64,000 nucleotides of DNA from Berkelbacteria bacterium GW2011_GWE1_39_12 (GCA_001029735.1 CP011213.1:784298-848297); one strand, 5' to 3'. Shown: positions 24,310 to 36,030, numbered from the stretch's first letter. Numbers and translations: made by a program. The notes: generated by a model not told the origin, from the letters alone.

Positions 24310-26406
24310 ATGGCCAGAGAATATCCATTAGAAAAAACTCGAAACATCGGAATTATTGCTCACATTGACGCAGGAAAAACAACCGTTTCTGAACGCGTTC
24401 TGTTTTATACCGGTAAAACCTATAAAATTGGTGAAGTTCATGAAGGCGAAGCCGTTATGGACTGGATGGAACAGGAACAAGAACGCGGTATCACTATTAC
24501 TTCCGCCGCCACCACTTGTTTTTGGGCAACTCGCGACAATCCAAATGAAAAATACCGTTTTAACATCATCGACACTCCGGGACACATTGACTTCACTGCT
24601 GAGGTTCAGCGTTCCTTGCGTGTTCTTGATGGTGCCGTTGTTATTTTTGATGGTGTAGCTGGCGTTGAACCGCAGTCAGAAACCGTCTGGCATCAAGCTG
24701 ATAAATTTGAAGTACCTCGTATCTGCTTTATTAACAAGTTAGATCGAATGGGTGCAGATTTTTATCGCTCATTCCAATCGATAATCGATCGACTTTCCAA
24801 TAATGCAGTGGCCATGCAAATCCCAATCGGTGAAGAGGCTGACCTTTCTGGTGTTATTGATCTGTTAAAAATGAAAGCATTGCGTTTTGAAGGGGATAAA
24901 GGTCAAACTGTTACTGAAGAAGAAATTCCAGCCGATCTCAAAACAAAAGCTGAAGAATATCGCCAAAAGTTAATTGAAAAAATTGCTGAAACTGATGATA
25001 CCTTAATCAATAAATATCTCGAAGGTGAAGAAATCGCATATGCAGATCTAAAGAACGCACTTCGAAAAGCTACTTTAGCCAACCTGTTAATTCCAGTATT
25101 CGCTGGTACGGCTTTGAAAAATAAAGGTGTTCAGCCAATGCTTGATGCTGTTATTGATTATTTGCCTTCACCAATCGACATTCCTGCAATAAAAGGTGTA
25201 AAGCCTCGAACTGAAGAAGAAATCGAACGCCACGCATCCGACGAAGAACCGTTTTCCGCTTTGGCCTTTAAAGTTGCTGCCGATCCTTTCGTTGGCACTT
25301 TGACTTTCTTCCGAGTTTATTCAGGTCAGCTTAAAGCAGGTTCGTATGTTTTAAACCCAACCAAAAATATCAAAGAAAGAATTGGACGTATAGTTCGACT
25401 TCATGCTAACCATCGCGAAGATGTTGAAGAAGTTTTTGCTGGAGACATTGCCGCCGCTGTCGGTCTAAAAAACACTTTTACTTCCGATACTCTTTGCGAC
25501 GAACAAAACCCAATTGTCTTGGAAGTCATTAACTTCCCAGAACCAGTGATTTCCTTGGCAATCGAGCCAAAAACCAAGCAAGATCAAGAAAAAATGGGTA
25601 TTGCTTTAAATCGATTGGCACAAGAGGATCCGACATTCCAAATTAAAGGTGATATTGAAACTGGTCAAACCACTATTTCCGGTATGGGCGAATTGCATCT
25701 GGACGTTTTAGTTGATCGTATGAAGCGTGAATTTAACGTCGAGGCCAATGTTGGCGCACCTCAGGTTGCTTATAAAGAAACAATCAAACAAGCTGTCAAA
25801 CAAGAATCAAAATTCATCCGTCAGTCTGGTGGTCGTGGTCAATATGGTCATGTCTACATTGAGCTTGCTCCACGAGAACGCGGTGAGGGCTTTGAATTCA
25901 TCGATAAAGTTGTCGGCGGCGCCATTCCAAAGGAATATATTCCTGCTGTTGAAAAAGGTGTCAAAGATGCCATGAGCCGCGGTGTCGTTGCCGGTTATCC
26001 TTTAGTTGATATGTCAGTAACTCTATATGATGGTACTTACCATGATGTTGACTCTTCGGAAATGTCTTTCCAAATTGCTGGTTCGATGGCTTTGCAAGAA
26101 GGTGTTAAAAAAGCCAACGCAGTTTTACTTGAACCGGTAATGAAAATTGAAGTCGTTACTCCTGAAGATTTTATGGGGGACGTCATGGGCGATCTTAACT
26201 CCAAACGAGGTCAGATCAAAGAAATGTCCGACCGCGGCAAAATGAAAGTTATTGATGCCGAAGCACCGCTTTCTGAAATGTTTGGTTATGCCACTCAGCT
26301 TCGATCAATGACTCAAGGCCGTGCATCCTACACTATGGAATTCGACCATTTGGCCGAAGTTCCAGCCCATTTGACCCAAAAGATCATTGAAGGCAAAAAA
26401 AAGTAA
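24310..26406 (+). CDS. fusA: elongation factor G
   Basis: Motifs [17 protein letters not shown] and NKLD, with full-length EF-G domains. Confidence 0.97.
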   Translation: MAREYPLEKTRNIGIIAHIDAGKTTVSERVLFYTGKTYKIGEVHEGEAVMDWMEQEQERGITITSAATTCFWATRDNPNEKYRFNIIDTPGHIDFTAEVQRSLRVLDGAVVIFDGVAGVEPQSETVWHQADKFEVPRICFINKLDRMGADFYRSFQSIIDRLSNNAVAMQIPIGEEADLSGVIDLLKMKALRFEGDKGQTVTEEEIPADLKTKAEEYRQKLIEKIAETDDTLINKYLEGEEIAYADLKNALRKATLANLLIPVFAGTALKNKGVQPMLDAVIDYLPSPIDIPAIKGVKPRTEEEIERHASDEEPFSALAFKVAADPFVGTLTFFRVYSGQLKAGSYVLNPTKNIKERIGRIVRLHANHREDVEEVFAGDIAAAVGLKNTFTSDTLCDEQNPIVLEVINFPEPVISLAIEPKTKQDQEKMGIALNRLAQEDPTFQIKGDIETGQTTISGMGELHLDVLVDRMKREFNVEANVGAPQVAYKETIKQAVKQESKFIRQSGGRGQYGHVYIELAPRERGEGFEFIDKVVGGAIPKEYIPAVEKGVKDAMSRGVVAGYPLVDMSVTLYDGTYHDVDSSEMSFQIAGSMALQEGVKKANAVLLEPVMKIEVVTPEDFMGDVMGDLNSKRGQIKEMSDRGKMKVIDAEAPLSEMFGYATQLRSMTQGRASYTMEFDHLAEVPAHLTQKIIEGKKK

Positions 26407-26416
26407 ATTATATAAA

Positions 26417-26481
26417 GTCATTGCGAGGCCTTCTGGCCGAAGCAATCTATTCAAGATTGCCACGCTATCGCTCGCAATGAC
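26417..26481 (+). repeat. structured intergenic element: 11-bp inverted repeat GTCATTGCGAG...CTCGCAATGAC enclosing nested hairpins (GGCC-ttct-GGCC; GCAATC-tattcaa-GATTGC); shares GTCATTGCGAG + CGAAGCAATCT boxes with 4681-4707
   Basis: Seen directly. A second, partial copy lies after gyrA (GTCATTGCGAGcaaagCGAAGCAATCT). Confidence 0.6.
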
Positions 26482-26495
26482 AAAAAAATAGATTA

Positions 26496-26536
26496 TTAAA
26501 AAACCGCTCTGAGCTTGTCGAAGAGCGGTTTTGGGT
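26496..26536. terminator. bidirectional intrinsic terminator between fusA and the minus-strand 26542 gene (AACCGCTCT...AGAGCGGTT with T-runs on both strands)
   Basis: 9-bp stem. A-run upstream and T-run downstream. Confidence 0.6.
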
Positions 26537-26541
26537 TATGA

Positions 26542-27054
26542 TTACTTGAGCGATTTAGGAGTGATATTCAACCTTGTGCTCAATCCGACTTCTATAAGCA
26601 GTGGCTTTGCGTCAACTCGCAAGCGGTAGAGATCCCAACAGAAATCACCCATATTACCGATTCTAACGAATGCTGTGTGGGTGACAAAACCGGGGGTACT
26701 ATTACACAACATCACTTTGAGCACATTACTCTTGAAGTTTCTTGTCATTAGATGATGTGGAGTCACACACTGTGCGAGCCCAGGATTATCTTTTTCGGGA
26801 TTTACAAAATCTGATGGGAGTTCCGGCTCCCGGTATGTCCAAACCGAATAGTATCCCTCCTGAAAAATACCCAGAAGTTGCTTGTCGACTCTTCTTGCTG
26901 CCCAATGGAGCGTTAACTCTTGGAGATCTTGCCTAAAGGGATCGGATTCAATCGCCAGATTAATGAAATCCGGCGATATCGTGCTTAGCCCCTCTAGTAG
27001 TTCTGAGACACGTCTTAGGCCTGCGGCCAAATTATTCAAGCTTACCTTACTCAT
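26542..27054 (-). CDS. hypothetical protein (GC-rich) inserted between fusA and tuf
   Basis: Minus-strand ORF. An ATG at MSKVSL has AGGGAGG upstream. A bidirectional hairpin terminator lies at its 3' end. Confidence 0.4.
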   Translation of the reverse strand: MSKVSLNNLAAGLRRVSELLEGLSTISPDFINLAIESDPFRQDLQELTLHWAARRVDKQLLGIFQEGYYSVWTYREPELPSDFVNPEKDNPGLAQCVTPHHLMTRNFKSNVLKVMLCNSTPGFVTHTAFVRIGNMGDFCWDLYRLRVDAKPLLIEVGLSTRLNITPKSLK

Positions 27055-27351
27055 TGTAAAGCGTACCTCCCTTTTCACAGCCAACCACAGCTACCGATGT
27101 AACCCCAGCTGGTTCTGTGGCTTCCCTTAGGAAACAGGTCGATATTACTCTTAAGGTGTCATTTTGTCAATGAACTCTTGTGTATTTTTTCTCCGCATTG
27201 TGCCATAATATAATTAATAAGTAATTAACGCCCCACTTCGCTAAAGCTTCGCGGGACACACTTCATTCAATTCTTTTTGGGTATCAATAGAATGGAGTGG
27301 CTTGCCACGCGTAGCCCAAGCAAAGCGAAGGGCGAAGTGTGGAGGGATCAC

Positions 27352-28251
27352 ATGGACTATTTTGGTATTATCAAAAAGGCCTTTAAGATTAATTTAAAGA
27401 ATAAGTTTTTGTGGATTTTTGGTATCTTAGCCGGTGGAGCAGCGGGTTTTAATGGAATGAATGGCAATTTTGGTTCGCCGTCGAGTAACTCTACTTGGTC
27501 GGATATGAGTAAAAAGTTTGCGGATTTTGATATTACCGCTTTCTGGGCTGACCACGGCGCAACAATTATATTCTTGACAGTTTTGTTTACTGTTTTAGCT
27601 ATTATCTTTTTTGTTCTTAATTTAACCAGCCAAGGTGCTTTAATTGGCTCAGTCGAAAAAATTGAAGCAGACGAAAAAGTAGATTTTTCCAAAGGTTTTA
27701 GTATTGGTTGGAAGAATTTTTGGCGCGTTTGGGCATTGAATATTACTATTTTGTTGGCTATTCTCCTTGGTCTTTGTCTTTTGGTAATTCCAACCTGTCT
27801 TTTGGTCATTGCCGGCGCCTATGTTTCGGCAACCGTAATCGGCATTTTAATGTTTGTTGTAAACTTAGCTTTTTGGATTGTAATTTCTTTTATCTCTCCT
27901 TATGCTTTAAGAATTGTTATTTTAAGAAAGCTAACCATCTTTCAAAGTTTGCGACAGGCCCTACATTTTGTTCGTGACAACCTAGCGGAAGTCGTAGTCA
28001 TATACTTGTTATTAGCAGCTATCGGTATTGCAGTTGGCCTTGGTGTAGCTATTGCTGCAGTTATTATCATCGGCTTGTTATTCGCGATTGGGTACGGCCT
28101 TTTCTTGGCAAGCCTTACCGCAGCAGTATTTTATGGTTTGATTGTCGCCTTCATACTAGTTTTAGCCATAATCGCTTTTTCTGGTGCCTATTCTTCCTTC
28201 CAATCAACTGTTTTAACCCTGACTTACTTGAAGCTTGTAAACCGCAACTAA
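27352..28251 (+). CDS. polytopic membrane protein (DUF-like, ~6 TM)
   Basis: ATG lies after a GGAGGG RBS. A Gly-rich loop is followed by multiple hydrophobic helices. No catalytic motif is recognised. Confidence 0.5.
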   Translation: MDYFGIIKKAFKINLKNKFLWIFGILAGGAAGFNGMNGNFGSPSSNSTWSDMSKKFADFDITAFWADHGATIIFLTVLFTVLAIIFFVLNLTSQGALIGSVEKIEADEKVDFSKGFSIGWKNFWRVWALNITILLAILLGLCLLVIPTCLLVIAGAYVSATVIGILMFVVNLAFWIVISFISPYALRIVILRKLTIFQSLRQALHFVRDNLAEVVVIYLLLAAIGIAVGLGVAIAAVIIIGLLFAIGYGLFLASLTAAVFYGLIVAFILVLAIIAFSGAYSSFQSTVLTLTYLKLVNRN

Positions 28252-28294
28252 GCTTCGAAGAAGATTGAGTTTAGCTTCGAAGAAGATTGAGTTT
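28251..28294 (+). repeat. perfect tandem direct repeat 2 x 22 bp (AGCTTCGAAGAAGATTGAGTTT) immediately upstream of the tuf promoters
   Basis: Seen directly. The unit contains the internal palindrome TTCGAA. Confidence 0.8.
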
Positions 28295-28298
28295 AGAT

Positions 28299-28388
28299 TT
28301 GACGGATCATGTAAGATATGATATGATTCATCTAGTCAATCCCTACCTTATCAACAGGGTTGACATTATTGAATTTTTATCGTACAAT
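28299..28388 (+). promoter_or_regulatory. two tandem tuf promoters (TTGACG-17-TATGAT at 28299-28327; TTGACA-17-TACAAT at 28360-28388)
   Basis: Both have consensus-like hexamers with 17-nt spacers. They are preceded by a 2x22-bp tandem repeat. Confidence 0.6.
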
Positions 28389-28427
28389 TAAAAAGCAAAA
28401 AACAATTTAAATCATCGGAGGTCTTTA

Positions 28428-29612
28428 ATGGCTGCAGAAAAATTCGAACGTAAAAAACCCCATGTAAACGTGGGAACTATTGGTCACGTTGACCACGGTA
28501 AGACTACCTTAACCGCGGCTATTTTGGCTGTACAAGCTAAAAAAGGTTTAGCCGCTCCTCGCTCGGTTGATCAAATTGACGCCGCTCCTGAAGAAAAAGA
28601 ACGCGGTATTACTATTGCAACCTGCCATGTCGAATATGAAACTGAAAAACGACACTATGCTCACGTCGACTGTCCGGGACATGCTGATTATGTTAAAAAC
28701 ATGATCACTGGTGCCGCTCAGATGGATGGCGCTATCTTGGTTGTTTCCGCTGCTGACGGCCCGATGCCTCAGACTCGCGAACACATCCTTTTGGCATACC
28801 AAGTTGGTGTTCCAAATATCGTCGTTTTCATGAATAAAACCGACCAAGTATCTGATCCTGAACTCTTAGAATTGGTCGAAATGGAAATTCGCGATTTGTT
28901 AACTAAATATCATTTCAAGGGCGATGAAGTTCCGATTGTTAAGGGCTCAGCTCTTAAAGCACTTGAAGGTGATGCTGATGCAGAAAAAGCTGTTTCTGAT
29001 TTAATGGATGCCTTAGATTCATATATTCCAGAACCAACCCGAGAAATTGACAAGCCGCTTTTAATGGCTGTTGAAGACGTTTTCTCTATCAAGGGTCGTG
29101 GTACCGTTGCTACTGGTAGAATTGAACGCGGTCAAGTAAAAATCAACGATGAAGTTGAAATTGTTGGTCTTAAACCAACCAAAAAAGTTATTGTAACTGG
29201 TGTTGAAATGTTCAAAAAACAACTTGACGAAGGTCAAGCCGGCGACAACGTTGGCTTGTTGCTTCGTGGTGTTGAACGAGAAGACATCGAACGCGGTCAA
29301 GTTATTGCCAAAACTGGTACTATTACTCCACACACTGAATTTGACGCTGAAGTTTATATTTTAAGCAAAGAAGAAGGTGGACGACATACACCGTTTATGA
29401 AGGGTTACAAACCACAGTTCTATGTTAGAACTACTGACGTGACCGGTGAAGTCGAACTTCCAGCAGATACCGAAATGGTTATGCCGGGCGATACCATCTC
29501 CTTTAAAGTTAAATTAATCCAACCAGTTGCTATGGAAGAAGGCATGAAGTTCGCTATCCGTGAAGGTGGCAGAACTGTCGGCGCTGGTGTGGTTACGAAA
29601 ATCAACAAATAA
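28428..29612 (+). CDS. tuf: elongation factor Tu
   Basis: Motifs [18 protein letters not shown] and NKTD. Two sigma70-type promoters lie upstream. Confidence 0.98.
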   Translation: MAAEKFERKKPHVNVGTIGHVDHGKTTLTAAILAVQAKKGLAAPRSVDQIDAAPEEKERGITIATCHVEYETEKRHYAHVDCPGHADYVKNMITGAAQMDGAILVVSAADGPMPQTREHILLAYQVGVPNIVVFMNKTDQVSDPELLELVEMEIRDLLTKYHFKGDEVPIVKGSALKALEGDADAEKAVSDLMDALDSYIPEPTREIDKPLLMAVEDVFSIKGRGTVATGRIERGQVKINDEVEIVGLKPTKKVIVTGVEMFKKQLDEGQAGDNVGLLLRGVEREDIERGQVIAKTGTITPHTEFDAEVYILSKEEGGRHTPFMKGYKPQFYVRTTDVTGEVELPADTEMVMPGDTISFKVKLIQPVAMEEGMKFAIREGGRTVGAGVVTKINK

Positions 29613-29621
29613 AAGAGGAAT

Positions 29622-29945
29622 ATGGCAAAGACAAACGCTCCTAAACAAAAAATCAGAATCAGACTTAAGGCTTATGATTATCGAATTATCGATAAGTCAG
29701 CCCGTAAGATTATTGAAACCGCAGAGCGCACAGGAGCTCAAGTAATTGGGCCGATTCCTTTGCCAACTGAAAAAAGTAAAGTCACGGTTTTGAAGAGTCC
29801 TTATATTCATAAAGATGCCCGCGAGCAGTTCGAAATGAGAATTCACAAGAGATTAATCGATGTTTTAGAACCAAATGCTAAGACCATCGACTCTCTAATG
29901 AGTTTAGATCTGCCAGCAGGCGTAGACATCGAGATCAAAACCTGA
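29622..29945 (+). CDS. rpsJ: 30S ribosomal protein S10
   Basis: [10 protein letters not shown]...PIPLPT. Confidence 0.96.
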   Translation: MAKTNAPKQKIRIRLKAYDYRIIDKSARKIIETAERTGAQVIGPIPLPTEKSKVTVLKSPYIHKDAREQFEMRIHKRLIDVLEPNAKTIDSLMSLDLPAGVDIEIKT

Positions 29946-30055
29946 TACAATAACGTTATAAATACAAAAAATTTAGTCCGGATAATGTTCGCTACGGCGG
30001 GCGTTTCCAGACCAAATTTTTTTACTTGAGACCCATAAAGGACACAAGGAAACAT

Positions 30056-30700
30056 ATGAAAGCTATAATTGGTAAAAAAATAGGTATGACGAGAGTTTTT
30101 GACGAAAAAGGCATGGTAATTCCGGTTACCCTTATTTCTGTAGGCGAAAACGTCATTACCCAGGTCAAAACAGCCGACACTGATGGTTACGAAGCCGCTC
30201 AGGTTGGTATGGTTGAAAACAAGAAAATCAACAAACCGTTAAGTGGTCATTTGGCCAAAACCAAAATCAAGAGCCGCACTTTCAAAGAATTTCATTTTTC
30301 CGGGCTTGAATTAGGTCAAAAACTTGACCTTACTCAATTTGAAGAAGGTGAAGCAGTTTTCGCTCAAAATATTTCCAAAGGTAAAGGTTGGGCTGGTGTC
30401 GTTAAACGTCATCATTTCAATACTGGACCTCGTACACATGGTAGTGACAACTATCGACGTCCTGGTTCAATTGGTGCCACAGGCCCACAGCGTGTCATCA
30501 AGGGCCGCCGTATGGCTGGTCAGATGGGTTTTGAGCAAGTCACCCAAAAGAACATCAAAATTGTTAGTATCGATATAGAAAAGAATATTTTAATGGTTAA
30601 AGGCGCAATTCCTGGCCCAAATAAGAGCACTGTTTATATTTGGTCTAACAACGCCATAAAAGCCAAAAACGAAGAAAATACAGGTGAATCAAATGAATAA
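30056..30700 (+). CDS. rplC: 50S ribosomal protein L3
   Basis: Start is placed at MKAIIGKKIGMT, the canonical L3 N-terminus, with AAGGA upstream. The ORF is open from 30026. Confidence 0.93.
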   Translation: MKAIIGKKIGMTRVFDEKGMVIPVTLISVGENVITQVKTADTDGYEAAQVGMVENKKINKPLSGHLAKTKIKSRTFKEFHFSGLELGQKLDLTQFEEGEAVFAQNISKGKGWAGVVKRHHFNTGPRTHGSDNYRRPGSIGATGPQRVIKGRRMAGQMGFEQVTQKNIKIVSIDIEKNILMVKGAIPGPNKSTVYIWSNNAIKAKNEENTGESNE

Positions 30701-31349
30701 TAAAGTTGCTATCTACAATATAGACGGTAAAGCTACCGCTTCTGAGCAGGAAGTTTCAACTCTTTTAGTTGAAGAACAAAACGATGCCTTGTTTTCACAA
30801 GCCGTTTTGACCCAGCAAGCTAATCGTCGCCGCGCCATTGCTTCAACCAAAGATCGTGGTCATGTTTCAGGTGGCGGAAAGAAGCCTTTTAAACAAAAAG
30901 GTACTGGCAATGCTCGTGCAGGTTCAACTCGTTCACCATTATGGATCGGTGGAGGCGTAACTTTTGGCCCACATGGCACCAGAAATTACAGCAAAAGAAT
31001 TCCTACTGCAATGAAACAAAGAGCCATTAAGATGGTTTTAACTCAGAAAATCCTTGATAACCGTTTTATTGTTTTAGAAGATTTGCAATTGGAAAAGATT
31101 TCCACCAAGCAAATTCAAGGTATTTTTGAAAAATTGCCTTTGCAAGATGGAAAGATTTTAGTCATTTTGCCGCAAATTGATGTTAATATAGAGCTTTCTC
31201 TCGCTAACGTCCCTTACGCCAAAGTGATTAAGGCAGAAAATTTAAACGTTTTAGATTTAAGTAAATTTAACTACGTTTTAACAACTGTCGCCGGTGTAGA
31301 AAAAATTATGAATATATTTTCCGGTAAAGCCGCAAAGGAGTCTAAATGA
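30684..31349 (+). CDS. rplD: 50S ribosomal protein L4
   Basis: L4 family sequence and position. Confidence 0.93.
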   Translation: MNQMNNKVAIYNIDGKATASEQEVSTLLVEEQNDALFSQAVLTQQANRRRAIASTKDRGHVSGGGKKPFKQKGTGNARAGSTRSPLWIGGGVTFGPHGTRNYSKRIPTAMKQRAIKMVLTQKILDNRFIVLEDLQLEKISTKQIQGIFEKLPLQDGKILVILPQIDVNIELSLANVPYAKVIKAENLNVLDLSKFNYVLTTVAGVEKIMNIFSGKAAKESK

Positions 31350-31627
31350 AGGTATTAATTAGACCAGTTATTACAGAAAAGACAATGGCCGGAGCAGCAG
31401 ATAGCAAGTTCGTATTTGAAGTGATGCCAAATGTTAACAAACATCAAATCACTCAAACTATTGAAGAAATTTATAAAGTGAATGTTATTAAGATAAATAT
31501 TAATAAATACAAACCGGAAGAGAAATTGATTCGCGGTCGGCTCAAATCCAGAATTCATGGCGAAAAAAGAGCGATCGTTACCTTGAAAAAGGGTCAAAAA
31601 ATCGAAGGTTTCGAAATTAAAGAATAA
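31346..31627 (+). CDS. rplW: 50S ribosomal protein L23
   Basis: VIRPVITEK... Confidence 0.93.
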   Translation: MKVLIRPVITEKTMAGAADSKFVFEVMPNVNKHQITQTIEEIYKVNVIKININKYKPEEKLIRGRLKSRIHGEKRAIVTLKKGQKIEGFEIKE

Positions 31628-31647
31628 GATCGAAAAGGGTATAAAAA

Positions 31648-32478
31648 ATGGCTATTAGAATCTTAAAACCAAATACAGCAGGACGACGCAATATGTCGGT
31701 AACCGACTTCTCTGGTTTGACGAAGAAAAAATCTGAACGATCATTGACTAAGGTTTTAAAACGTTCAGCTGGTCGTGATTATACCGGTCAAATCAGTGTT
31801 CGTCACAAAGGTGGCGGCGCAAAACGAAGATATCGCGAAATTTCTCATTTAAATGAGAAAATCGGTGTTAAAGCTGTTGTTAGTTCATTAGAATATGATC
31901 CATATCGAAGTGCTTTTATTTGTTTAATCACCTTCGAAGATGGTACAAAAAGATATATTTTAGCTTGGGACGGTGCAGCAGAAGGTAATGAAATTATTGC
32001 CAATGAAAAAGCTGAAGTAATTTTCGGCAACCGAATGATGTTGAAAAACATTCCAACCGGTAATCAAATTCATGATATTGAAATCCATATGAACCAGGGC
32101 GGAAAATTAGTTAAATCGGCTGGTAATTCAGCTGTGATTTTAGCTAAAGACGCCGGCTGGTGCCAGATTAAGATGCCTTCAGGTGAAATTAGAAAAATTA
32201 ACGAAAAATGTTTTGCTTCAATCGGACAAGTCAGTAACACCACGCATTCGGCTCAAACAATTGGAAAAGCCGGCCGCAAACGTCACATGGGTGTTAGACC
32301 ATCTGTCCGTGGTAAAGCAATGAACCCGAATTCGCATCCGCATGGTGGTGGAGAAGGTCAAAACTCAATTGGTTTGAAATATCCAAAGACTCCATGGGGT
32401 AAGCATGCAATCGGTGTAAGAACCAGAAAAAAGAATAAATATTCTGCACAATTTATTGTGAAGAGGAGAAAGAAGTAA
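31648..32478 (+). CDS. rplB: 50S ribosomal protein L2
   Basis: GGGAKRRYR...HPHGGGEG. Confidence 0.96.
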   Translation: MAIRILKPNTAGRRNMSVTDFSGLTKKKSERSLTKVLKRSAGRDYTGQISVRHKGGGAKRRYREISHLNEKIGVKAVVSSLEYDPYRSAFICLITFEDGTKRYILAWDGAAEGNEIIANEKAEVIFGNRMMLKNIPTGNQIHDIEIHMNQGGKLVKSAGNSAVILAKDAGWCQIKMPSGEIRKINEKCFASIGQVSNTTHSAQTIGKAGRKRHMGVRPSVRGKAMNPNSHPHGGGEGQNSIGLKYPKTPWGKHAIGVRTRKKNKYSAQFIVKRRKK

Positions 32479-32816
32479 TGTCAAGATCACTGAAAAAAGG
32501 GCCATTTATTGACCTTCGGTTAATAAACAAGCTCCAAAATATGAAGGCAGGCGACAAGAGTACCATCAAAACATGGTCACGCGCTGCTGTTATTACTCCA
32601 GAAATGGTTGGATTCCGTTTTGGTGTTCATAATGGCAAAGTACATGTAGAAGTTTTAGTGGTTGAAGATATGGTTGGCCATAAATTAGGCGAATTTTCTC
32701 CAACACGTAAGTTTGCCAGACATGGTGGTAAGATGGCAAAAGAACAGGCACAAGCTGTAGCAGCTAAAGAAGCTCAAGGCGTAAAAGCCGCAGCCGCACC
32801 TAAGGCAGGAAAATAA
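32478..32816 (+). CDS. rpsS: 30S ribosomal protein S19 (with a ~20-aa Ala/Lys-rich C-terminal extension)
   Basis: SRSLKKGPF...[11 protein letters not shown] core plus an [17 protein letters not shown] tail. Confidence 0.94.
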   Translation: MSRSLKKGPFIDLRLINKLQNMKAGDKSTIKTWSRAAVITPEMVGFRFGVHNGKVHVEVLVVEDMVGHKLGEFSPTRKFARHGGKMAKEQAQAVAAKEAQGVKAAAAPKAGK

Positions 32817-32818
32817 TT

Positions 32819-33208
32819 ATGAATTTTATTTCTAAACAAAGATTTTCTAAAATCGCTCCAGATAAAATCAGAATTTTGTCCAGCATGATCAAAGGTCAGA
32901 AAGTCGATTGGGCTTTGGCTCAATTAGAATTCTCTGGCAAAATCGGATCAAAATCTTTGATCAATGCCATCAAGCAAGCCATGGATCAAGTTAAAGTCAA
33001 AGGTTTGAATATTGATGATTTTAGAATTTCTACGACTCAAGTTGATGAAGGGCCAAAGTTGAAACGCCGCCGCATCAGACATCAGGGTCGTTCAACCATG
33101 ATTTTAAAAAGAATGTCACATGTAGCAGTCATATTAACAGATGAAATTAAACCAAAAGCCAAAAAAGAAACGACAAAAGAAGTCGTTGCGACCAAAGGGA
33201 GCAAATAA
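32819..33208 (+). CDS. rplV: 50S ribosomal protein L22
   Basis: Position and family-level similarity. Confidence 0.9.
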   Translation: MNFISKQRFSKIAPDKIRILSSMIKGQKVDWALAQLEFSGKIGSKSLINAIKQAMDQVKVKGLNIDDFRISTTQVDEGPKLKRRRIRHQGRSTMILKRMSHVAVILTDEIKPKAKKETTKEVVATKGSK

Positions 33209-33885
33209 TGGGCCAAAAAGTTAATCCAATTAGTTTTCGATTACCACTCAATAAGGATTGGCAATCAAAATGGTTTTCCAAGGGTAATTTTGCAAAAAAT
33301 TTAGCCGAAGATTTAGCCATTCGCCAAGCTATTGAAAAAAAATATGGTAAAACTGCCGGTATTGGCCGAGTTGAAGTTTTGCGAGACAACGATTCTATTA
33401 CCGTCAATCTTCACTCCTCAAAGCCTGGTATTTTGATCGGTCGCAGTGGCCAAGGTGTTATTGAATTAAAAGCTTATTTATTAAAAAATGTTGCTATTTA
33501 TAAAACTATGGACAGCAACAAACAACCAAAAATTAAAGTTGACGTCATTGAAATTAAAGCCCCTGAGTTAAATGCTCAATTGGTGGCTGAAAATATCGCT
33601 ATTCAGATTGAAAAAAGAATTCCTTTCAAGAGAGCAACCAAGCAAGCTATTCAGAAAACCATGGAAATGCGCGCCAAAGGAATTAAAATCCAGGTTTCAG
33701 GTCGCCTTGGTGGCGCTGAAATTGCCAGAAGCGAAAAATATGGCGAAGGTTCTGTCCCATTGGGTCGCCTTAAAGCCAACGTTGACTACGGTTATGCGAT
33801 CGCGATGACTACCTATGGTACCATCGGCGTCAAAACATGGATTTACAAAGGTGATATTTTGAAAGAAGAGAAGGAAAAAAACTAG
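33208..33885 (+). CDS. rpsC: 30S ribosomal protein S3
   Basis: MGQKVNPISFRL... and a KH domain. Confidence 0.96.
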   Translation: MGQKVNPISFRLPLNKDWQSKWFSKGNFAKNLAEDLAIRQAIEKKYGKTAGIGRVEVLRDNDSITVNLHSSKPGILIGRSGQGVIELKAYLLKNVAIYKTMDSNKQPKIKVDVIEIKAPELNAQLVAENIAIQIEKRIPFKRATKQAIQKTMEMRAKGIKIQVSGRLGGAEIARSEKYGEGSVPLGRLKANVDYGYAIAMTTYGTIGVKTWIYKGDILKEEKEKN

Positions 33886-33925
33886 CTCACGCTAGTCGCG
33901 GAATTTTCTAGAAAGAAAATATAAT

Positions 33926-34333
33926 ATGTTAATGCCCAAGAAATTAAAACACAGAAAAGTTAACCGTGGCAAACGCGCTGGCGTAGCCTCACGCGGCTTT
34001 GAGATATCGTTTGGCCAATATGGTTTGAAATCATTGGGCAGAGGATGGCTTACGGCTCGTGAAATCGAAGCCGCCCGACGTGCCATGACCCGTTATATCA
34101 AACGTGGTGGCGCAGTCTGGATCCGTATTTTCCCAGATAAACCAGTTACCCAGAAAGCCGCCGAAGTTGGTATGGGTGGTGGAAAAGGTACTATGGATCA
34201 CTTTGTAGCCGTCGTTCGACCAGGAAATATTTTGTTTGAAATGGCTGGCGTTCCTGAGGATATTGCTCGCGAAGCGTTACGCTTAGCCTCACATAAATTA
34301 AGAGTTGAAACCAAATTCGTTAAGAAAGATTAA
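33926..34333 (+). CDS. rplP: 50S ribosomal protein L16
   Basis: [11 protein letters not shown]... Confidence 0.95.
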   Translation: MLMPKKLKHRKVNRGKRAGVASRGFEISFGQYGLKSLGRGWLTAREIEAARRAMTRYIKRGGAVWIRIFPDKPVTQKAAEVGMGGGKGTMDHFVAVVRPGNILFEMAGVPEDIAREALRLASHKLRVETKFVKKD

Positions 34334-34341
34334 TCAAAAAT

Positions 34342-34569
34342 ATGAAAAAAGTTACTGAATTAAAAGAAATTAGAGAAAAAGACACCAAGGCCTTAGTTAA
34401 GGAATTGGCTGACTTAAATAAAAAAATGGCAGAATTGCAATTTAAAACTTCTTTTCGTAGATTAAAAAACTTTCACGAGATTACCGATATGAGAAAGCGC
34501 ACCGCTCGAATTTGGACAGTTTTAAATGAAAAGGCGATCGCCGAATTTAATAACAAGGAAAGTAAATAA
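34342..34569 (+). CDS. rpmC: 50S ribosomal protein L29
   Basis: Size, position and coiled-coil composition. Confidence 0.88.
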   Translation: MKKVTELKEIREKDTKALVKELADLNKKMAELQFKTSFRRLKNFHEITDMRKRTARIWTVLNEKAIAEFNNKESK

Positions 34570-34799
34570 TGAAAAAGTTAACTGGAACAATTGTTTCCGA
34601 TAAAATGGATAAAACCAGAACAGTTGCCGTCGTCGAAAAACGCCGCCATCCTATTTATGACAAGGCATTTACGGTTACTGGTAAGATTAAAGCTCATGAT
34701 GAAAAAAATGAGTTTGTTTCAGGTGATGTTGTCGAAATCGTCCCAGTTCGGCCGATTAGCAAAGACAAAGCCTGGAAAATTGTAAAGAAGGTTAAATAA
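34569..34799 (+). CDS. rpsQ: 30S ribosomal protein S17
   Basis: [17 protein letters not shown]. Confidence 0.93.
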   Translation: MKKLTGTIVSDKMDKTRTVAVVEKRRHPIYDKAFTVTGKIKAHDEKNEFVSGDVVEIVPVRPISKDKAWKIVKKVK

Positions 34800-34800
34800 A

Positions 34801-35169
34801 ATGATACAACCATATTCAAGATTAAAAGTGGCCGACAACACCGGCGCTAAAATAGTTCAGGTCATCACGGTAGTCGGCGGAGCAAAAGCAAATGCCGCCA
34901 AGATTGGTGATGTCGTGGTTGCTTCTGTAAAAAGCGCAGTGCCTCATGGCGCTGTTAAGAAAAAAGAAGTGGTCAAAGGTGTTATAATTCGCCAGGTTTT
35001 CCCTCATTCCAGACCAGATGGCACCATGATTCGCTTTGACGATAACGCAATTGTATTGATTAATGCAGATAAGACACCCCGTGGCAGTCGTATTTTTGGC
35101 CCAGTTGCCAGAGAATTACGCGAACGTGGGTATATGAAGATTATTTCTTTAGCATCGGAGGTTTTGTGA
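34801..35169 (+). CDS. rplN: 50S ribosomal protein L14
   Basis: [17 protein letters not shown]. Confidence 0.96.
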   Translation: MIQPYSRLKVADNTGAKIVQVITVVGGAKANAAKIGDVVVASVKSAVPHGAVKKKEVVKGVIIRQVFPHSRPDGTMIRFDDNAIVLINADKTPRGSRIFGPVARELRERGYMKIISLASEVL

Positions 35170-35498
35170 AGTTAAAAAAGGGTGACAATGTATTTGTAAT
35201 CGCTGGTAAATCCAAAGGCAAAACTGGAGAAATTACCGCGGTTATTAAAAAAGACGACAAAGTTGTGGTTACCGGTGTTAATATTGCCAAACATCACTTA
35301 AAACCTTCTCGTAAGGCCCCACATGGCGGCATTATGGACATTCCGGCCCCAATCCAAGCAAGTAACCTTATGGTTGTTTGTCCACATTGTGGCAAAATTG
35401 TCCGTATCGCACACAAGATTACGAAGGATGCCAAGGAAAGAATTTGCAGCAAATGCAAAGGCAGTTTGGATGTAAAGGAGAAGAATGTCAAGGCTTAA
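35166..35498 (+). CDS. rplX: 50S ribosomal protein L24 (Cys-containing C-terminal extension)
   Basis: [25 protein letters not shown] motif and a C-terminal CPHCG...CSKC. Confidence 0.93.
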   Translation: MKLKKGDNVFVIAGKSKGKTGEITAVIKKDDKVVVTGVNIAKHHLKPSRKAPHGGIMDIPAPIQASNLMVVCPHCGKIVRIAHKITKDAKERICSKCKGSLDVKEKNVKA

Positions 35499-36030
35499 AG
35501 ATATGTATTTAGAAAAAATCGTGCCACAGCTACAAAAAGAAGACAAGCTCAATAAAATGGCTGTTCCGAAAGTAGAAAAAGTGGTTATCAACGTCGGTAT
35601 CGGTAAAATCCGTGCCAACGAGGGTTTAGTTAATCAAATCAAGAAGAATATCGAAGCTATTGCCGGACAAAAACCGGCCGTCCGCAAAGCCAAAAAAGCC
35701 ATTTCAGGTTTTAAAGTTCGCGAAGGTGATGAAGTCGGTTTGACTGTTACCTTACGGGGCGAAAGAATGTATGATTTTATGGATAAATTGGCTAATGTCA
35801 CTTTGCCTCGAGTTCGTGATTTTCGCGGCTTGAACCCAAAAAGCTTTGACAAAAAAGGTGGTTTTACCCTTGGTATTAGAGAACACATATACTTCCCAGA
35901 GGTTGCACACAGTACAGAAAATATTCATGGTCTTGAAGTCACAATCGTGACAACGGCCAAAACCCCTGTCGAAGCACAAAAATTATTAAAATTGTTAGGT
36001 TTTCCTTTTAAGGAGAAAGATAATGGCTAA
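35485..36030 (+). CDS. rplE: 50S ribosomal protein L5
   Basis: L5 family sequence. Confidence 0.95.
   Translation: MSRLKDMYLEKIVPQLQKEDKLNKMAVPKVEKVVINVGIGKIRANEGLVNQIKKNIEAIAGQKPAVRKAKKAISGFKVREGDEVGLTVTLRGERMYDFMDKLANVTLPRVRDFRGLNPKSFDKKGGFTLGIREHIYFPEVAHSTENIHGLEVTIVTTAKTPVEAQKLLKLLGFPFKEKDNG

Noticed and set aside
28251-28294. Tandem 22-bp repeat as a possible CRISPR fragment
   Set aside because: Only two contiguous copies with no spacers and no cas genes. No repeat-spacer periodicity occurs anywhere in the window.
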